64,000 nt of DNA from the human T2T-CHM13v2.0 reference genome, Homo sapiens, in the NCBI RefSeq assembly GCF_009914755.1, contig NC_060928.1; one strand, written 5' to 3'. Position numbers and translations under genes: made by a program. Below the pieces are notes generated by a model. That model had not been told where the DNA came from and ran no database searches. It worked only from the letters and a program-made list of their open reading frames with translations. Positions 59,916 to 64,000 of this stretch are shown piece by piece. Each line of letters starts with the position of its first letter. The stretch's first letter is position 1.

Positions 59916-62900
59916 GCCTTCCTGAAGGAGACTCGCTTCCTGGCAACTCTCTCCAAGGACCGCCAAGTTGAGCCCATAAAAATTACATTTCTCCAAACTT
60001 CCTAGAGCCTAGGTTTCCCCTTCCAAGTGTAGCTCCTGCTGCCTGCCAACTTTGACACATCTTGTAACAATAACCCCTGTGCGCTGCATTTTATGTGTTG
60101 CGAGACAGGTGTGCAACTGTTGAATGCATGTCTCAAGAGAGCTTATTAAAACAGCTAAGCCAATTAACTCTCCTAGAAGCACGTAACCTTTTCCAGGAAA
60201 ATACATCTGAGGCACAGAAGCTTGTGGGAACAAGTCCTTGGGGGAAAGCATGGCCTTTGATCTCAGAGACACTTTTCCTGGGGTTGGCCTTGCCCACGGG
60301 GCTGGGGGACGTTTGGCGGTGGCTCCCTTCTGATGCAGGGAGGAAGAGGGTGGGCTAGCCTGAGCGCAGGGTGGCCCTGCAGACTGGCCTTGTGTGCAGG
60401 GGTGAGAGCAAGCTGAGGAAGACAAATTAGATGAGAACCAACTCATCCATTAGCGCTGACTCTGAAAACTCAACTGAAAATGACCTACTGGGCACACAAA
60501 GTGACTAATAGGAAACCAAGATGAGAGGGAACGTGTGCCATACCCAGGCTGAGTCTCAGCTTCAGGGAGGCAGATGGTGAAACTACAGCCAGGCATAATG
60601 AGGCCAAAGGCCGCGCTTTCATCTCTCTATCTGCTGGTTAGCTTTAGATCAGGAAAAATCCCTGGCCCAGGGTCAGCGACTGCACTTCTTCCGAGTGGGA
60701 CCAGGTGAGAGGAATGAATGACCACGACTGGAATTACAGCCCCTACAGGCCACTTGACATAAGCGATCCACAGGGTCTTTGTGTCTGAGGCACGTGCCTC
60801 ATGACCTTCTCAATCTTGAAAGGATTACAGTGACTCCATGCTTCCCACAAAGGAAGCCCTCTTGACTTTCTGCACCACACGGTTTTCCTGACCAAAGCCT
60901 CCTTCTCCTTCTCCGAGGAGCTGGTTTCCTCGCATTTGGATCACAGCAGACTGAACCTACCTGGCATGCAACATGCTGACAAGTCCTTTAATGCAAAGCT
61001 CATCAGGGTTGCTGAACCTCTTGCCCCTGTCTAGGAATTCCTTCCTCACCCCTCCAATTTGAATCTCTGATTCCCAAGTCTTACAAATGGCCTTATCCCT
61101 CATGTCTACTGGAGTCTCATGGTCTCCCAGCCTTCTCAGGTGGTTCTGAGCCACTCATAGGAAGAGCTGAGGCAAGGCGGGAGCAGTGTCTGTGGGCCCT
61201 GCAAAGCCTCTTCTCTGCAGTTTTTGGGCAGCAGCCCGGCACCAGCTCTCCTGGACTAGCCAGTCCTGTGCCCTTGTCAATCAGCTCCGCCTCTGCCTCA
61301 GTTCTGTGGGTGAGCCCTGAGACATGACACGATCAGGCTCTGTCCTCCTCCCCTTCTCCATGGACCTCGTGGCCTCTCCCGCTGTGCGTCCCTTTCCTGG
61401 GAGCCCCGCTTTCTGTCATTCATTGGCCCTCATGGCCAATCCCGGAATTCTCTGGGCAATCTGGAACATGGCTCCTGCTGCCCTCTGCCCCTCTGCAGCC
61501 CAGTGCGGGGTCTGCAGAGAGGGGGAGGGAAGAGCAGAGAGAGGCTAAGGGATTTCTGCGCGCCTCGCAGTGAGTGAGTGGCTGCATGGATCTGGAATCC
61601 ATGTTCTGGCTTTTTAAAAAAACATCTTCTGCCCTGAAGTTCCTCAAGTGCTCCAGTGAAGTGCTGAAAACACTGTAGCTGAACAGGAGGGACAGGCAGG
61701 TAGGGGGCGCAGCTGTCTGCACACCAAGGGCTCAGGTGAGGCAAAAGTGCCACCTCTCTGTCCCACCACAGCGAAGTCCCTCTAACAGCGCCCTGGATCA
61801 GACAGCCAAGGGCCCGCAGACTCAGCTAGGAAAGGTGCAGCAGAGGCTGGCAGGGCCCCCCGGGCCCCCAAGCCACCTTTCTGCTCTAGGAGGGGTTTGG
61901 TGCTGACAGAGAATGGGGCCTAGGCCTAGGAGGAAGGCGTATGATGCGGAAAGGGTGCAGACTGCCCCACTCACCAAACACCTCAGACTCTGGCATTCTC
62001 CTCTGAGGGCTAATTTAATATGTGGGTACCTACCTGGAGCCCTCTTCGTTACTTTGCCAGGACTCCTCCCTCCAAATCTACCACCCCCAGACTGTGCTCT
62101 GGGGAGTTGGGCTGGCACAGCTGGGAAGGCCAGCAGGAGCCCCAGCAGTGCCAGGCCCTCTCCAGACCTGGCCAGAAACCAGGTCCCAGTGCAGGGACCT
62201 CGCAGGCGGGACGGGACAGACAGCCCCAAACGGCAGCCCCGCCACTCACTTTCCTCTGCGTGCTCCTTCAGACTCCATTTCCCCAGCCCTGTGGAAGGGA
62301 TCGGGGGCAGCCTTTCCCCTGGGGTTCTCTGGAGAGACCCCTCTTTCTGCAGGAGTCTGGAGCAGCCAAGGCTTCCCAGGGAGCCTGACGTCAAGTCCAA
62401 TGGCCTAACTAAGGTAGGAGGCAAAGGGAGGTGGCAGGGCTGCCTCACCCAGGTCCTGAGCGCTGCTACCAGCGCCTGCTCCAGGTCAGATGGCACTCTC
62501 CGTGGGAAGGAACCTTCTTCACCCTAAACAAGCTCCGAGCAGGCAGGACACTGGAACCCCAAAATCAGCCCAGAGAGAGGCCTCAGGATGTGTAGCTGGC
62601 ACTTGACCTTGAGAGCAACAAGGTCTTCTTCACTGGGTCCCACCCTGGGGTACAATCCTGTACTCATCGTTCCTTTATGTAAGGCACTGAGGACTGTTAG
62701 GATGAAATAGTGTGTGGCCTGACAGCCCACGGCCCCGGCCCTGGTTGAAATCTCCTGATCAGGTCAGCGGAGGACAGAGGGCACTGAGGAAGGAAGGGCA
62801 GGCCCAGGGAAGGATTGGGCCCAGCAGGGCAGACCAGGTGGAGCGCCAGGAGGAGGAGGAGGAGGTGAGCAGCCTGAGAAGGGCCTTCCCGCATTCATGC

Positions 62901-63947
62901 GCTGGTCTAGCCACTGCCTCAAGGAGAGACCCTGAAACACAGTTCACTTGTTCTGATTTGCAGGCGTCTGAGTGCAGCGTTGCATGTGGAACGACTCGCT
63001 CAGCCTAGGGAACGTCAGTCCTTCCCGAGTCCCTTCAGCCTTATCTCCTCTCTTCCGCCCTTCCTCCTTCCTTTGCCTTGCTGCTTCCCCCTTTCACCTC
63101 CCTGCCTCCTTTTCTTTCTTCCTTCCCTTCCTTTCTATCCTCTCCCCTTTTTCTTCTTTATTTTTTCCTTCAACATGAAAGCATCAAATGACACATTTTG
63201 TTTTCCATTCCTGAGGCAGCGCTCAATTGATTTTAAGAAGTGGTCACAACACAGCTGCAAGGAGACGTGATGAAGCCCGAGGTTGGTCTCCTTTGCCCGC
63301 TGCACGCGTTGTGCTGTGATGCGATTATTTTTGACACACCTGGCTACATAATTAGGCTCTAAGCTCCTCGGTGGCAGGGCTGTGGCGCATTCCGACTGTG
63401 CCCCATGTACACAGGCCACACAAGAAAACCACCATGGAATGAACACATCAGTGAACGGCATAGGCAGTTGATGTCCAAATTTCTTTTTCAGAGAAACTCT
63501 TTTCCCAAAGAAGTTCCAGCCATCTCCTGCCTCCCCAGCCCCTGAGCCACTGCAGCTTGACTGGGAAGCTGAGGGCAAGTGAATGCAGTTTGACAACCTC
63601 CGATAGATGTGCGATGCGTGTCAGGGAATTCCTTACTGTAAACCCATAGGGGCCAGTGACTGCCCAAGAATAAATGGAGTATTATGCAGTTGTGTTGAAA
63701 CAAATTTGGAACAAAGCAATCTGGCTGGAAATAATTTGGTTAGCACACCAGTTTGGTCAAAACAATAATTTGGTTTAAAAGGAATATTCATGACTCTGTG
63801 ATTTTAAGTTTTTCTTTTTCTTTTTTTTTTTTTTGGTTTAGTTTGTCTGCTGTTACTTACCCTGTCCTCTCTTTTTTGTGTATATCCCAGTTCATTTTCA
63901 GCCAATTTTCAAGCGTTGACTAACAATGTTTAGAAATTAGTTGAAAC

Positions 63948-64000
63948 GGCCAGGCGCAGTGGCTCACGCCTGTAATCCCAGCACTTTGAGAGGCTGGGAG
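63948..64000 (+). mobile_element. Alu 5' end (cut by window edge)
   Basis: ggccaggcgcagtggctcacgcctgtaatcccagcacttt. Confidence 0.92.

Noticed and set aside
61822-62527. Overlapping ~200 aa ORFs on both strands
   Set aside because: Pro/Gly/Arg/Ser-rich composition typical of GC-rich non-coding DNA, with no splice structure or homology recognised.

Overview
Primate (human-like) genomic DNA carrying the 3' part of ENPP6 on the minus strand. ENPP6 is a GPI-anchored, choline-specific glycerophosphodiester phosphodiesterase (human chr4q35, recalled). Six coding exons (numbered 3-8 from recalled gene structure; exons 1-2 lie beyond the right edge) join in frame: 41958-42069, 35580-35721, 34677-34856, 30498-30635, 15087-15210 and 9033-9238. 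A ~2.5 kb 3' UTR ends near 6560. The rest is intronic or downstream DNA dense in Alu, L1, L2, MIR, LTR (THE1, MLT1, MLT2, MER21) and small DNA-transposon relics. I found no evidence of a wholly new biological system. The best second-look items are a non-canonical GC donor after the metal-ligand exon 5, an ancient ~290 bp direct duplication in intron 6, a perfect 70 bp dispersed duplication with a quasi-palindromic core, two twin-primed inverted L1 insertions with junction duplications, a locally re-copied Alu 5' end, and a strong CTCF-like site beside exon 7. Repeat subfamily names and most repeat boundaries were judged by eye and are approximate.
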